Positions 9,983 to 21,047 of a DNA stretch of 64,000 nucleotides are shown here, in pieces. Made by a program: the position numbers and the translations under genes. The stretch is from an uncultured Planctomycetota bacterium (GTDB lineage: Bacteria > Planctomycetota > Planctomycetia > Isosphaerales > Isosphaeraceae): NCBI GenBank assembly GCA_963845755.1, contig CAWJTV010000014.1, positions 1-64,000 on the forward strand, given 5' to 3'. The first letter of the stretch is position 1. Each line of letters opens with the position of its first letter. The notes below the pieces were generated by a model. It was not told where the DNA came from and did no database searches. It was given only the letters and a program-made list of their open reading frames with translations.

Positions 9983-10546
9983 ATGAGTGATGAATTGACC
10001 ATGAACCACCGCATCCAGTCGATCCTTATGTTGGTGCTCCTTTCATCCTTCATCCTTCATCCCTCATCCCTCGCAAGGGCGGACGGGGGTGCGGTGCGGC
10101 TGCGCCAGAGGGCCGGCGGCTACCAGATCGCGGTCTTCACTTCGCCCACGCCGTTCCGGGCCGGGCCGGTGGACGTCAGCGTGCTCGTACAGGACGCCGC
10201 GACCGAGGAATGCATGCCGGAGGCCCAGGTGACCGTGTGCCTGAAGGCGCCCGGGGCCGGACGCACCCTGGAATGCCCGGCCACTACGGAAGCGGCGACC
10301 AATAGACTCTTCCACGCGGCTGTCTTCGAACTACCGGAACCGGGCTGGTGGGATGTGGAAGTTGCCGTCGAAGGGCCGCACGGGCCGGCCCTTCTCCGGT
10401 TTGGGGTTGAAGCGGACGGACCTGCGCCTCGTTGGCTGGAGTTATGGCCGTGGTTCACGTGGCCGGCCCTCGTGGTCGCTCTCTTCGGCCTTCACCAAGT
10501 ACTGGTTCGGCGGAGGAGTCCTCTGCCAAGCCGCGAAGCCACTTGA
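9983..10546 (+). CDS. Exported FixH/YtkA-like protein with C-terminal TM anchor
   Basis: Signal-like N-terminus ending ARA-DGG, PTPFRAG, PEPGWWDVEV strand pattern, C-terminal hydrophobic helix; start could be 10001. Confidence 0.6.
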   Translation: MSDELTMNHRIQSILMLVLLSSFILHPSSLARADGGAVRLRQRAGGYQIAVFTSPTPFRAGPVDVSVLVQDAATEECMPEAQVTVCLKAPGAGRTLECPATTEAATNRLFHAAVFELPEPGWWDVEVAVEGPHGPALLRFGVEADGPAPRWLELWPWFTWPALVVALFGLHQVLVRRRSPLPSREAT

Positions 10547-10715
10547 GGGGTTGCCTCCCGAGCCCGTCCCGGTTTCCCTGGCGATCGGTGTCCTCGCCCT
10601 GGCGTTGTGCGCCTATCTGGCGGGCGTGAATCTCTATCGGCCGGTACTGCGGGCGGACGGGATGTGGCTGCAGTTCGGGGGCTCCTTTTTCAGTTCCTCC
10701 ATCGATCTTTTATTG

Positions 10716-11187
10716 GGCTCTTCAGCAGAATCTGTGGATGTGTTCTGGCACGGGGAAGCGTCCGAGATTGTGTCGCAGAGCCAGTTTTGCAACCCCGGCG
10801 GTCCGGAAGCCATATGACTTTCTCGTCACCAATTTGACCTTGTTGTTGAGCCCCTCCACGACCCCTGACGAGACTTCGCCGCGGCCGCGAAACCAGTTCA
10901 GGTTCAATGATCGATGAGTCCGAATCGTCCGGGCGATCTTCTTCATCGGCTCCCGCCGCGATGCATCACCCGGCTCGTCCCTTCGTCCAGGGACCTTCCG
11001 GCCCACGCCGGTCTTCGGTACTCCCAGAGCCGCTGGAACTCCTCCCGCAGGAGATACCCGCACCGTTCGGAGGTTGTACTTCAAGAGCTCCTGCAGCTTC
11101 ACCGTCTGCTTCTCCGTCAAGTCCTCCGGGCGCTTCAGAAGGCGATTCCTTTCTCGATTACGCACCCACAGATTCTGCGGGAGAGTC
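10716..11187 (-). mobile_element. Internally deleted ISL3-family element with imperfect 22-bp terminal inverted repeats
   Basis: ggctcttcagcagaatctgtgg (10716-10737) versus reverse complement of 11166-11187 (gactctcccgcagaatctgtgg); encloses only a transposase C-terminus (VEGLNNKVKL..RKSYGFR...HRFC). Confidence 0.8.
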
Positions 11188-11189
11188 TA

Positions 11190-11930
11190 AATTTTAAGGA
11201 TAGACCGCATTATCCTTGACGCTCACCAGCAACCCGGCGATCTCATGGATCTGAAGATAAAGCGCGTGCCAGTGTTCCTTGATCTGCTCGGGCTTGAGTT
11301 CCCCTGCGGCGATCTTCCGCTCGATCTGTTCGCGCGGTCTGGAATGGTGGCTTCTCGTCGGTCTTGGCGTAGCGCAAGCCCTTGTTGGGGTAGCGGCCGG
11401 AAACCAGCTCCCTATGCACTCCCCAGTTCCAGGCGGTGCGCAGGGTGACGATTTCCTTGCGGATGGTCGCCGGGGAGATCCGCCTGCCTTCGGCAGTCTT
11501 ATCCCTCGAACGGCGATCGGCATAGCCCTGGAGGTCAGCCAACTTCAGGTCGCGGATCGGGAAGCCGTTGCCGAGGATGCGAGTCAGATGCTTGAAATGC
11601 AGATTTGTGGTATCGAGCGTCCGTTGTTCCAGCGATTCGCAGTGCGTCTCGAGATACCGGTCGCGGAAAGCGGCCAGGGTCAGGCGAAGCGGGCAGGGAG
11701 CCGCAGCATCGCGCGTGGGCGGTTTGCCGTCGAACTGGACGAACTCGACGATGTCGACGCCAGGCGGCAGCTCGATCAGACGTTGCTTGAGCCGCAGGAG
11801 CAGGTACTCGACATGGGCGGACCTGGCTTCGGCCTCCTGCGGGATACGTGGCCGATGGTGAAAGTGCGTCGCTTTCCCGGTGACGGAAGATGACGCGATA
11901 GCTGCCGTCGCCCTGCTGAAGGCTGGCCAT
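11190..11930 (-). pseudogene. Tyrosine recombinase/phage integrase, N-terminal part only, frameshifted and truncated
   Basis: MASLQQGDGSYRVIFR start and core-binding region (LKLADLQGY...SPATIRKEIVTLRTAWNW); catalytic domain absent where the ISL3 end begins; adjacent to a tRNA 3' end. Confidence 0.75.
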
Positions 11931-12024
11931 GGATGCACTCCGGGGCAACGCCACCGCAATGCGTTGCCAAATTGTTGCAAAATTGCCTAGACCAAGCGTC
12001 GGTTATGCTCATCGTCGTAACTAC

Positions 12025-12111
12025 TGCCGGAGACAGGACTTGAACCTGCACCACCATGGTTAGGTGACCAGCCCCTCAAGCTGGCGCGTCTGCCAATTCC
12101 GCCACTCCGGC
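12025..12111 (-). tRNA. tRNA-Leu (anticodon GAG)
   Basis: Minus strand GCCGGAG acceptor stem, D-loop GGAATTGGCAGAC, anticodon arm CCAGC-TTGAGGG-GCTGG, long variable arm, GGTTCAAGTCC T-loop; CCA not encoded. Confidence 0.96.
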
Positions 12112-12713
12112 TTCCTGTTGCGGCGGCGTTCAAGTCGCGGTGTGGCGTGGGATTTATGCCGTTTTCCGCGACTTTCGCACCGACGGGCTTCATTCTACCA
12201 ACATCGGGGTGGCACCGGCAACCTTAACAGCAGACGATCAGCCGGCCTCCGCAGTCCAGTGCGACCTGATTGAGCCACCGACCTCGCCCACGATCTTCTG
12301 GGCCGCTCGATTGTCAGCGATTCCACCGACTTCCCGTCGCGATCGCAACGGTCGCCCATTCGGGATGCACCACCACGTCGAGGCGGCGGTCGATGGATCG
12401 CGAGCAGGCCGCACGCCGCCGCCTCGGGCCGGCCCCGGCGCGGCTCCGTGTTTCCAGAAAAATATATGAAATAATGAGATTTCGATTGTGCCTGTTCGAC
12501 CGCGATGGCTGGTCCCGGATTCCTGCCGAGATCCGTTACCAATCGCGCGAACGGGGCGGGACGTGCCGGAGGCCGCTACACGAGGCGGTTGTCGATCGGC
12601 TCCGTACAGGGGCTCGCAGGATATGAGGATCTCAATGCCCTCTGCATACTAGCAGGCGGCGTCTTCCCCGACTATAATCCCGAGACTACCAGAACCTTCG
12701 GGAGGCCTTTGCC

Positions 12714-15464
12714 ATGCGACGCTGGATCGTGTTCGGTTGGATCTTCCTGGGCGGGGCCGCCGCGATGGCGGAGCCTCCTGTCAAAGTCGCCTCGATCGAG
12801 GGCGTGACGGAGTATCGGCTCGCCAACGGGGCTCGGGTGTTGCTCTTCCCGGAACTGTCGCGGCCGACCGTGACCGTGAACCTGACCGTGCTCGTCGGCA
12901 GTCGCCACGAAGGTTACGGCGAATCCGGCATGGCCCACCTGCTCGAGCACATGGTCTTCAAGGGGACGTCTCAGCATCCGCTCATCCCCAAGGCGCTCCG
13001 CGATCACGGGGCCAGCTTCAACGGCACCACCAATAGCGACCGCACCAATTACTTCGAGACCATGCCCGCCACCGACGAGAATCTCGAGTTCGGCATCGCC
13101 ATGGAATGCGATCGACTCGTCAACAGCTTCGTCAAGGGCGAGGACCTGTTGTCGGAGATGACCGTCGTCCGCAACGAGTTCGAACGCGGCGAGAACAGCC
13201 CGGCCTCAGTCCTCAGCGAGCGGATCTCGGCCGCGGCCTATGAGTGGCACAACTACGGCAAGTCCACGATCGGCAGCCGTGCCGACATCGAACGCGTGCC
13301 CATCGAGAACCTCCAGGCTTTCTACAAGACCTATTATCAGCCGGATAACGTCGTGCTGATCGTGGCCGGCAAGTTCGAGGAGGCGAAGGCCCTCGCCCTC
13401 GTGGAGAAATACCTCGGCTCGATCCCGAAACCGACGCGGCAGGCTGGATGCCACCTACACCGAGGAGCCGCCGCAGGACGGCGAGCGTACGGTGACGCTG
13501 CGCCGGGTCGGTGCCGTCGGCTCGGTGGGCGTGGCGTATCACGTCCCGTCGGCCTCGCAAGCCGACTGGGCGCCGCTGAGCCTGCTGGGCGGCCTCATCT
13601 CGCAATCGCCGAACGGCCGGCTGTACAAGGCCCTGGTCGAGTCGAAGCTGGCGACCAACGCGACCGCCGGCTCGCAGAATACCCACGATCCCGGCCTGTT
13701 CTTGGCCCGGGCGTCCTGCGATCCGGAGAAGCTCGACGCCGTGCGCGACGCCCTGGTGAAGGCGCTCGAATCCCTCGGCGATGTCCCATTCACCGACGAC
13801 GAGGTGAACAAGGCGAAAGTCCGCAGCAAACGGAACGCCGAGATGCTGCAATCGAATAGCCAGGCGATGTCGCAGGCGCTGAGCTCGGCGTCGAGCCACG
13901 GCGACTGGCGGCTGCTGTTCATCCAGCGCGATCGGGTCGCCGCCGTGACCGCGGCCGACGTCAACCGCGTGGCGAAGACCTATTTCCAGAAGCCCAACCG
14001 TACGGTCGGCGTCTACATCCCGGCCAGGGAATCGATGCGGCTGGCGGTGCCCGGCGCCCCCCCATCGAGCTGGTCGTGAAGGATTACAAGGGCGGCGCCG
14101 TGGGGGCGGCGGGTGAAGCCTTCGACCCCTCGCCCGCCAATCTGGATTCCCGGATCAAGATCGTGAATGACGGTAGCCTGAAGGCCGGGTTGCTGCACAA
14201 GAAGAATCGCGGCGAGACGGTCTCGCTCGTGCTGACCCTGCACTACGGCAACCCCGAATCCCTCAACGGCCAGACGGCCGTGGCCGGGATGCTCGCCGGC
14301 CAGATGATGGCCGGCACGAAGAAGCACGATCGCCAGTCGCTGCGCGAGGAGCTGGATTCGCTGGGCATCCGCATCTCATCGGGTGGCGGTGGGGGCGGTG
14401 GTCGCCGAGGGGGCCGCGGAGGCGGCGGGGGCGGTGGTAACCCGGGGCAACTGACCTTCTCCGTCGAAGCCAAACGCGACACGCTGCCGCGGGCCCTCGA
14501 GCTGCTCGGCGAGATCCTCCGCGAACCGGCATTCCCCGTGGAGGAGTTCGAAACGGCGAAACTCCGCATGGCCTCGATGCTCTCCGCCGGTCGCACCGAG
14601 CCGGGCGCCCTGGCCCGGAACAAGCTCAGCCGCGCCCTGTCGCCGTACGGGAAGGATGACGTGCGTTATGTGCCGACGCTCGAGGAGACGCTCGACCGCG
14701 CCCGGCACGTCACGCTCGAGCAGGTCAAGGCGCTCTACCAGACGCAGCTCGGCGGCTCGCACGCCGAGCTGGGCGTCGTCGGCGACTTCGACCCGGAGAG
14801 CACGCTCCGGCTCGTGAAGCAGATGCTCTCCGGCTGGGAATCGAAGACGCCGTACGAGCGGATCGACCGCAAGGCCGGCGACAATGGGACGGGGATGAAA
14901 GAGGACATCGTCACGCCGGACAAGTCGAACGCGGAATACCTCTCAGGGCTCTCGTTCCCGCTCTCGGACAGCGACCCGGACTACCCGGCGCTCCGGATCG
15001 GTAACTTCATCTTCGGCGGCAGCACGCTCGCCTCGCGGATCGGCGACCGGATCCGCCAGAAGGACGGACTCTCGTACGGCGCCACCTCGTCGTTCGCGGC
15101 CTCGTCCCGCGATCCGGTGGCCTCGCTGACCGTGACCGTCAGCACCAACCCGACGAACATCGGCAAGGTCACCGCCGCAGTCATGGAGGAACTCCAGCGG
15201 TACCTCAAGGACGGCCCGACCGACAAGGAAGTCGCCGACGCGAAGCAGGCGTTCGTCGAAGCCCAGAAAGTGGGCCGCACGGGCGATGCGGCGATCGCCG
15301 CGCAAATCGTCTCGAACCTGAACACGGGCCGGACCTTCGCCTTCGCCGCCGACCAGGAAAAGGCCATCCTGGCCCTCACGCCGGCCAAGGTCGTCAACGC
15401 GTTCCGCAAGTACATCGATCCGCAACGGCTGGTCGTCATCCGCGCGGGGGATTTTCAGAAATAG
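12714..15464 (+). CDS. M16 family (pitrilysin/PqqL-like) zinc protease, exported; indels near 13440 and 14060
   Basis: AHLLEHMVFKG (HxxEH), NGTTNSDRTNY, YYQPDN, IRQKDGLSYG across three consecutive ORFs; signal peptide. Confidence 0.9.
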
Positions 15465-15505
15465 AGTCGTCCTCCGTAGGCTCCCTGCGCCGTGCGCGCA
15501 TCTGG

Positions 15506-15586
15506 GGATTCCGAATTCCGGATTCGCGATTCCCGATTCCCGGATCATTCCCCTTCGGGAATCCGGAATCGCGAATCGGGAATCCC
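15506..15586. repeat. Intergenic inverted heptamer repeats (GATTCC / GGAATC core) forming a long imperfect hairpin
   Basis: Five units such as ggattcc/cgattcc, then four units gggaatc/cggaatc/gcgaatc. Confidence 0.8.
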
Positions 15587-15629
15587 GATGGGGTTGCGGC
15601 CGAAGGCCGCGTTAGGGAGAGCGACACCG

Positions 15630-16616
15630 ATGCGTCCCACAACCCATTCCGCGATCGCGCTCGTTCTACCGCTCGCCGTCCTCGGAGTTCTCAGCATCGC
15701 GACCAAAGCGGAGGCGCAGTCAATCGAATGGGGCCCGATCACCCAGTACGACACCGGTACCTCGAATACCATCGCCCAGAACTTCGGCGACGACTGCGTC
15801 GAGCTCCACGTCGGGTCGGGGAATCTGTACTACCGAGTCGGTACTCTGGATCACGAAAAGCGAACCATCGAATGGGGTCTCAGCGCCCCATACGACACTG
15901 GCACCTCCGGCGCCATCGCCCTCCATGGCGACGGGAAGTATTGTGTCGAGGTCCACGTCGGAGGCGACGGTCTGTACTACCGGGTTGGAAAGTTGGATCG
16001 AATCCAACGAACCATTGACTGGGGCCCGAGCACCCCGTATGACACCGGCAGCTCGAATGCCATCGCCCTCGGCGATCGAGACCAATGTGTCGAGGTCCAC
16101 GTCGGGTCCGGGAAACTGTACTACCGCGTGGGTCGGGTGGATGACCAAAAGAAGACGATCGCCTGGGGCCCGGCCATGGCATACGGCACCGGCAGCTCCA
16201 GCGCCATCGCCCTCCACGGCGACGGAGGATACTGCGTCGAGGTCCACGTCAGGTCCGGGAAACTGTACTACTGCGTCGGTCGGGTGGACTACAGAAAGAA
16301 GTCCATCACCTGGGGCCCGAGCAAGGAATACGGCGACGGCGACGTTAACTCGATTTCCTTCAGTCCCCTGGACAGAGGAAGGCGATGCGTCGAGGCCCAC
16401 GTCACGTCAGGGAAACTGTTCTATCGAATCGGCGCGGTGGATACCGCGAGAAGGACCATCGCCTGGAAAGATCCGAGCCACGAGTCCGGCATCGGCCGTT
16501 CCAGCACCATCGCCAACAGCTCCACGTCGAAAGTGGGCTACTGCATCGAGGTCCATAACAATTCGGGGAACCTCTTCTACCGGACCGGAGTCTACCGAAA
16601 CGCGTCCACCCGATGA
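15630..16616 (+). CDS. Secreted six-repeat protein, probable beta-propeller
   Basis: Signal peptide ending AEA; six ~48-50 aa repeats I.WG....Y.TG...IA....CVEVH..SG.LYYR.G. Confidence 0.8.
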   Translation: MRPTTHSAIALVLPLAVLGVLSIATKAEAQSIEWGPITQYDTGTSNTIAQNFGDDCVELHVGSGNLYYRVGTLDHEKRTIEWGLSAPYDTGTSGAIALHGDGKYCVEVHVGGDGLYYRVGKLDRIQRTIDWGPSTPYDTGSSNAIALGDRDQCVEVHVGSGKLYYRVGRVDDQKKTIAWGPAMAYGTGSSSAIALHGDGGYCVEVHVRSGKLYYCVGRVDYRKKSITWGPSKEYGDGDVNSISFSPLDRGRRCVEAHVTSGKLFYRIGAVDTARRTIAWKDPSHESGIGRSSTIANSSTSKVGYCIEVHNNSGNLFYRTGVYRNASTR

Positions 16617-16649
16617 TACGGGCGTCAACAGCGATGCGGAGTTCCGGGT

Positions 16650-18485
16650 TCACTCGTCCTCCCAGGGCTGGGCCAGGGTCGGCTGCAATGCGTAGCGTCT
16701 CATCGCGATCGTGATCCGGCCGCCGGCTCCCGGGGCCAGCGTCATGCGAAAGGCGCGATTGCCGATGGCCGCCTTGCCGTCTTTCCGCACGACTTGCTCG
16801 CAGAGGTGCGCGCCGTAGGCGCCTCCCTGGACAATCAAGGTTCGCGGCTCGACTTGATTGAGATTGACCAGGGTCAGGGTCGTCGCGTCGCCCGTGAGCG
16901 ATTCGACCAGCGCCGCCACGTCTTCCGGAAGGCCGGGCCGCCGTCGGATCGGATCGAAATAACGGACGCGGGCCTGGAGGACTTCGCCCTGATGCTTGGG
17001 CGGGAGTCCCCCCAGCGTGAGTCGAACCAGGCTGGCCACCGTGGCGGGGTTATAGGCCATGGGATCGTCGGCCAGCCGGGTATCGGGCGTGCTCGTGTCC
17101 CCTCTCATCGCCGCGACCCGCCGGCGAATCCTCTCGAAATCCTCGAGCAGCGCGGTCTCGGGATACGTGGGATTGCGGCCTTCCAGGAACGCGAGCCAGG
17201 CAGGAGTCGGGCACGCGACGGCGGTCTTCCGGCTTCATCGACCAGTAGTAAAGCTCCAGGACGCCGGGCTGATAACGCTCCGGCCGGTAGTCGTACCAGC
17301 CATGATCGCCGTACATGTGCGGGTAGAGCTGGCGGTCGCCCTCCATCCGCGCGTGGGAGTTGACCGCATCGATCTGTTTTCGCCAGGCGTCGAGGAAGCG
17401 GTCGTCACCGGTCAGGAGGAACGCATTCCCGAATCCGTTGATCGCCACATGGTGGTAGTTCCGATTCACGCGACGCTGGGTGACCGGGTCGGTCACGGTG
17501 AATCCCCAGCCGTACACGCCGCCATACCACTTGCCGCCGCAGGCGCCCCGATCCGACCATCCAGGCCGATGTTGGTCGGGATGATTCCCTGGTTGGCCAT
17601 CATCCGCTGCCGCCAGGCCTCGACGTACTCGATCACCCAGTTCTTGTATCGCGGATCCTGGGTGAGCATGTAGGCGTTGACCGCCAGATTGGTCGCGCCG
17701 AGGTTGAGAGGGTTGTCGCCCACGATGTCGTTGTAATCCTGGAAGTGCTCGAGCATCTGCCGGTAGGTATGCTCGCCGTGTCCGAGCCGGAACCGATTCT
17801 CGACCTCGATCGGGTCGCCCGCCCAGTCCAGCGCGGTCGCCGATCGGAGCAAGGGGCCCCGGCTGCCGTTGAAGAGGCTCCGGATGATCTTGACCTTCGG
17901 GTCGTAGTTGGGCGCGGTCGGATCATCATTGAGGTAGAACCCCGCGTACCGGACCACCCGCTGCCGGAACCGCGCATCCCGGGGATCGCACAGGCCCTCC
18001 AGGTTGAAGACCGAGAGCCCCTCGCCATGATGGAACCAGTCGAACATGACGGGGAACTCCTTGTAGTACATCCCATCGCGCGCGAACGGCACGTCGGCCG
18101 TCCGGGCTTCGGTGTACTGTCGGAGATGCCCTTCCCACGCTTTCTTGAATCGGGCCAGGATGGCTTCGTCGCCGCCGATCGCATAAAGCACGGGCCAGTC
18201 GTTGACGTTCTCGATGGCGTCGTCCGGCCCGTCATCGCCGCCCCAGCGCTCGACGCACTCGAGATAACCCCGGTCGTCGAAGTAACGGTCGAAGAACTCC
18301 AGGCAGGCGCGGTGATTGGCCCGCAACAGCTCGCGCTCGAGCAGTGCCCAGCTCGGCGGGGCCATGGGGGTCGTGATCCGGATCGTCGCCTCGGCTGCCT
18401 TCGAAGCCTTTAATGGACTGACTGGATGTGCCAGGACGAGCAGGATAGCCGTGGCTCGAATTGTCCACACACGCGCGCGCTCCAT
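16650..18485 (-). CDS. Exported hypothetical protein, split by indels near 17530 and 17200
   Basis: Three consecutive minus-strand ORFs with protein-like sequence (WGGDDGPDDAIE; GWGF; PGLPEDVAALVE); signal-like N-terminus. Confidence 0.65.
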
Positions 18486-18751
18486 GATCGTCTCCTCTAC
18501 ATGACGACACCAACGGGCCAGGAATTCGACCGACCACGACTCATCATTTCGATCTCGCCGTTCTAACATCCGATTGCCCGTTGTCAAACAAAAATCCATC
18601 TTGTCCGGTTCGCCGCCCCGGATTATCTTGACAGCACGCTTCGACTTCGTCCCGCACTCCCCACTCCCGCTGCCAATGGGTGCTCTCGCCGGAGTCGAGT
18701 TCATCGATCGATGCAGTCGCCGGCAAGTTGACTCAAGGAGGGGGATCCACC

Positions 18752-21028
18752 ATGGGGGCGCTGAGGAGGGAAGCGAGTCGGGCGACCGTGGCGCGGATGG
18801 CTGCTTTGGTCCTGGTGTTGGTGTTGCCAGGAGAAACGCGCGCCGAGCCGAACACGAAGAAGGATTGGCTGGGCAAGGAAGTCGTTCCCAAGAGCCGAGC
18901 CTTCACACTTCGTTCAACCGACGATCGGCCTTCTGGCAAGGGTGCGCTGATCTGCTACCTGGTTGACAAAGTTGACGGTTCATCACTCTTCCTCCGTGGT
19001 TGCGGGATCTCGGGTTGGGCGTCGGCTGATCAGGTCGTACTCGCCGACGAGGCCGTTGCGTTCTTTTCCACCCAGATTCGGCTGAACCCCGGCGACGCAT
19101 CCAGTTACACGATGCGTGCCATGCGTCGTTGAGTGAGAATAGCGGTGCCGACTCCGCGCTGGCGGACACCAACGAAGCGATCCGTCTGAATCCGAAGGAC
19201 TCCCTTGCCTACATGGCTCGCGGCGTGGCCCTGATCGCCGAGCGAGAGGTTGACAAGGCCGTCGCCGATCTTGATCAAGCGATCCGACTCGATCCCGAGA
19301 ACTTCCTCGCGTACACCTCACGCGGCGAACTCTGGAATGACCGGCAGGACTCTGACAGAGCCATCGCCGACTTCTGCGAGGTGATCCGGATCGCTCCCCA
19401 TTTCACGCCCGCCCATCTCGGCCTGGGGAGGGCGTGGGGAAACAAGCGGGACTTCGACAAGGCGTTGGCAGCTTTCGAACAAGCCCTTCAGCTCGATCCC
19501 GAGTCGGCGGATGCCCACGTCGGCCGCGGTGACGTCTGGCAAGCCAAGCACGATTTCGACAAGGCGCTCGCCGAATACGGGGAGACCTTGCGACTCGATC
19601 CTGAGTCGGCGGAAGCCTACTCCCACCGGGGGGCGCTCTGGTGTCAACGAAAAGAGTTTGATAAAGCCATCGCCGACCTCACTGAGGCCATCCGACTCGA
19701 GCCGCGGGATGCGTCAGCCTATATCAACCGTGGCGGCGCCCGAGCGGAGAACAAGGAATACGATAAGGCCATCGCCGACGTTACCGAGGCCATCCGCCTC
19801 GAGCCGAAGATTGCAGGGGCTTATAGCAACCGCGGCAGCGCCTGGGAGTCCAAGAAGGAACATGACAAGGCGCTCGCCAATTTCGCCCAGGCCATCCGCC
19901 TCGATCCACGCTTTGCCCCCGCCTATTGCAACCGCGCCCAGACCTGGATATCCAAGAAGGAATATGACAAGGCGATCGCCGATTGCAACGAGTCGATACG
20001 TCTCGATTCCGGTGCTGTGATGGCCTATAACACCCGTGGCAGCGCCTGGCACAAGAAAAACGACAAAGACAAGGCCATCGCCGATTACACCGAGGCCATC
20101 CGACTCGATCTCGGCTTTGCTGGGGCCTATAACAATCGAGGGCTCGCCTGGGAGTCCAAGGGCAACCTCGACAAGGCCATCGCCGATTATTCCGAGGCCA
20201 TCCGACTCGATCCGCGATACACGTCCCCCTTCCGCGATCGCGGTAGTGCCTGGTTCAAGAAGCACGATTATGACAGGGCCATCGCCGATTATTCCGAGGC
20301 CATCCGACTCGGAGCGAACAGCGCGAGCGAGTTCAACGCGCGGAGCCATGCCTGGTTCGACAAGGGCGATTATGACAAGGCCATCGCCGATCTTGACGAA
20401 GCCATCCGACTCGAGCCGGGAAACGCCTTTTTCTTCGCCGCCCGGGGCAGTTCTCGGTACCGGAAGGGGGACTACGACAAGGCGATCGCCGATTACACCG
20501 AGGCCATCCGACTCGATCCCGCGAATCCGTTCGCCTACATGAACCGTGGTAGTGCTTGGCTCGCAAGGAGAGAGACTGACAAAGCTCTTGCGGACTGGGA
20601 CGAAGCCCTCCGGCTCAACCCCGAACTGGGACCGGTCTACAGCAACCGCGCCGGCGTCTGGTCCGAGAAAGGGGCCTATGACAGGGCCCTCGCCGACTGT
20701 ACGGAGGCCATCCGCCATAATCCGGAGGATTTCGCCGCGTACAACAGTCGCGCCGGGATCTGGGCCACGTGTCCCGACCCGAAGTTCCGAGATGGCGCAA
20801 GGGCGGTCGAATCGGCGACGCGGGCCTGCGAGTTGACGAATTGGGAGGACGCCTTTTGTCTCGGCACTCTCGCCGCGGCCTATGCCGAGTCAGGCGACTT
20901 CCGGGCCGCGGTCAAGTGGCAGACGAAGGCCAATGCCCTCTATCGGAGATCCAGTCAGCAATGCGAACGGCGAGAGCCGACGCGCTCTCTATCAGCAGAA
21001 GCAGCCGTATCGCATGCCAAAGCCGTGA
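18752..21028 (+). CDS. Tetratricopeptide repeat protein (about 16 TPRs), indels near 19125 and 20950
   Basis: 34-aa repeats AY.NRG.AW..K..YDKAIADY.EAIRLDP; C-terminal cap WATCPD.K.RDG..A...ATRACELT and LYQQKQPYR in a shifted frame. Confidence 0.9.
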
Positions 21029-21047
21029 GCATCATCGGAGCGCGAGA

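Noticed and set aside
14380..14440. G-rich tract as a regulatory G-quadruplex or repeat element
   Set aside because: It encodes an in-frame Gly/Arg loop of the M16 peptidase; nothing else supports a separate role
19129..20760. Regular ~102-bp repeats (gacaaggccatcgccgat...gaggccatccgactcga) resembling a CRISPR array
   Set aside because: The period equals 34 codons and the units translate as TPR motifs; no unique spacers and no cas genes
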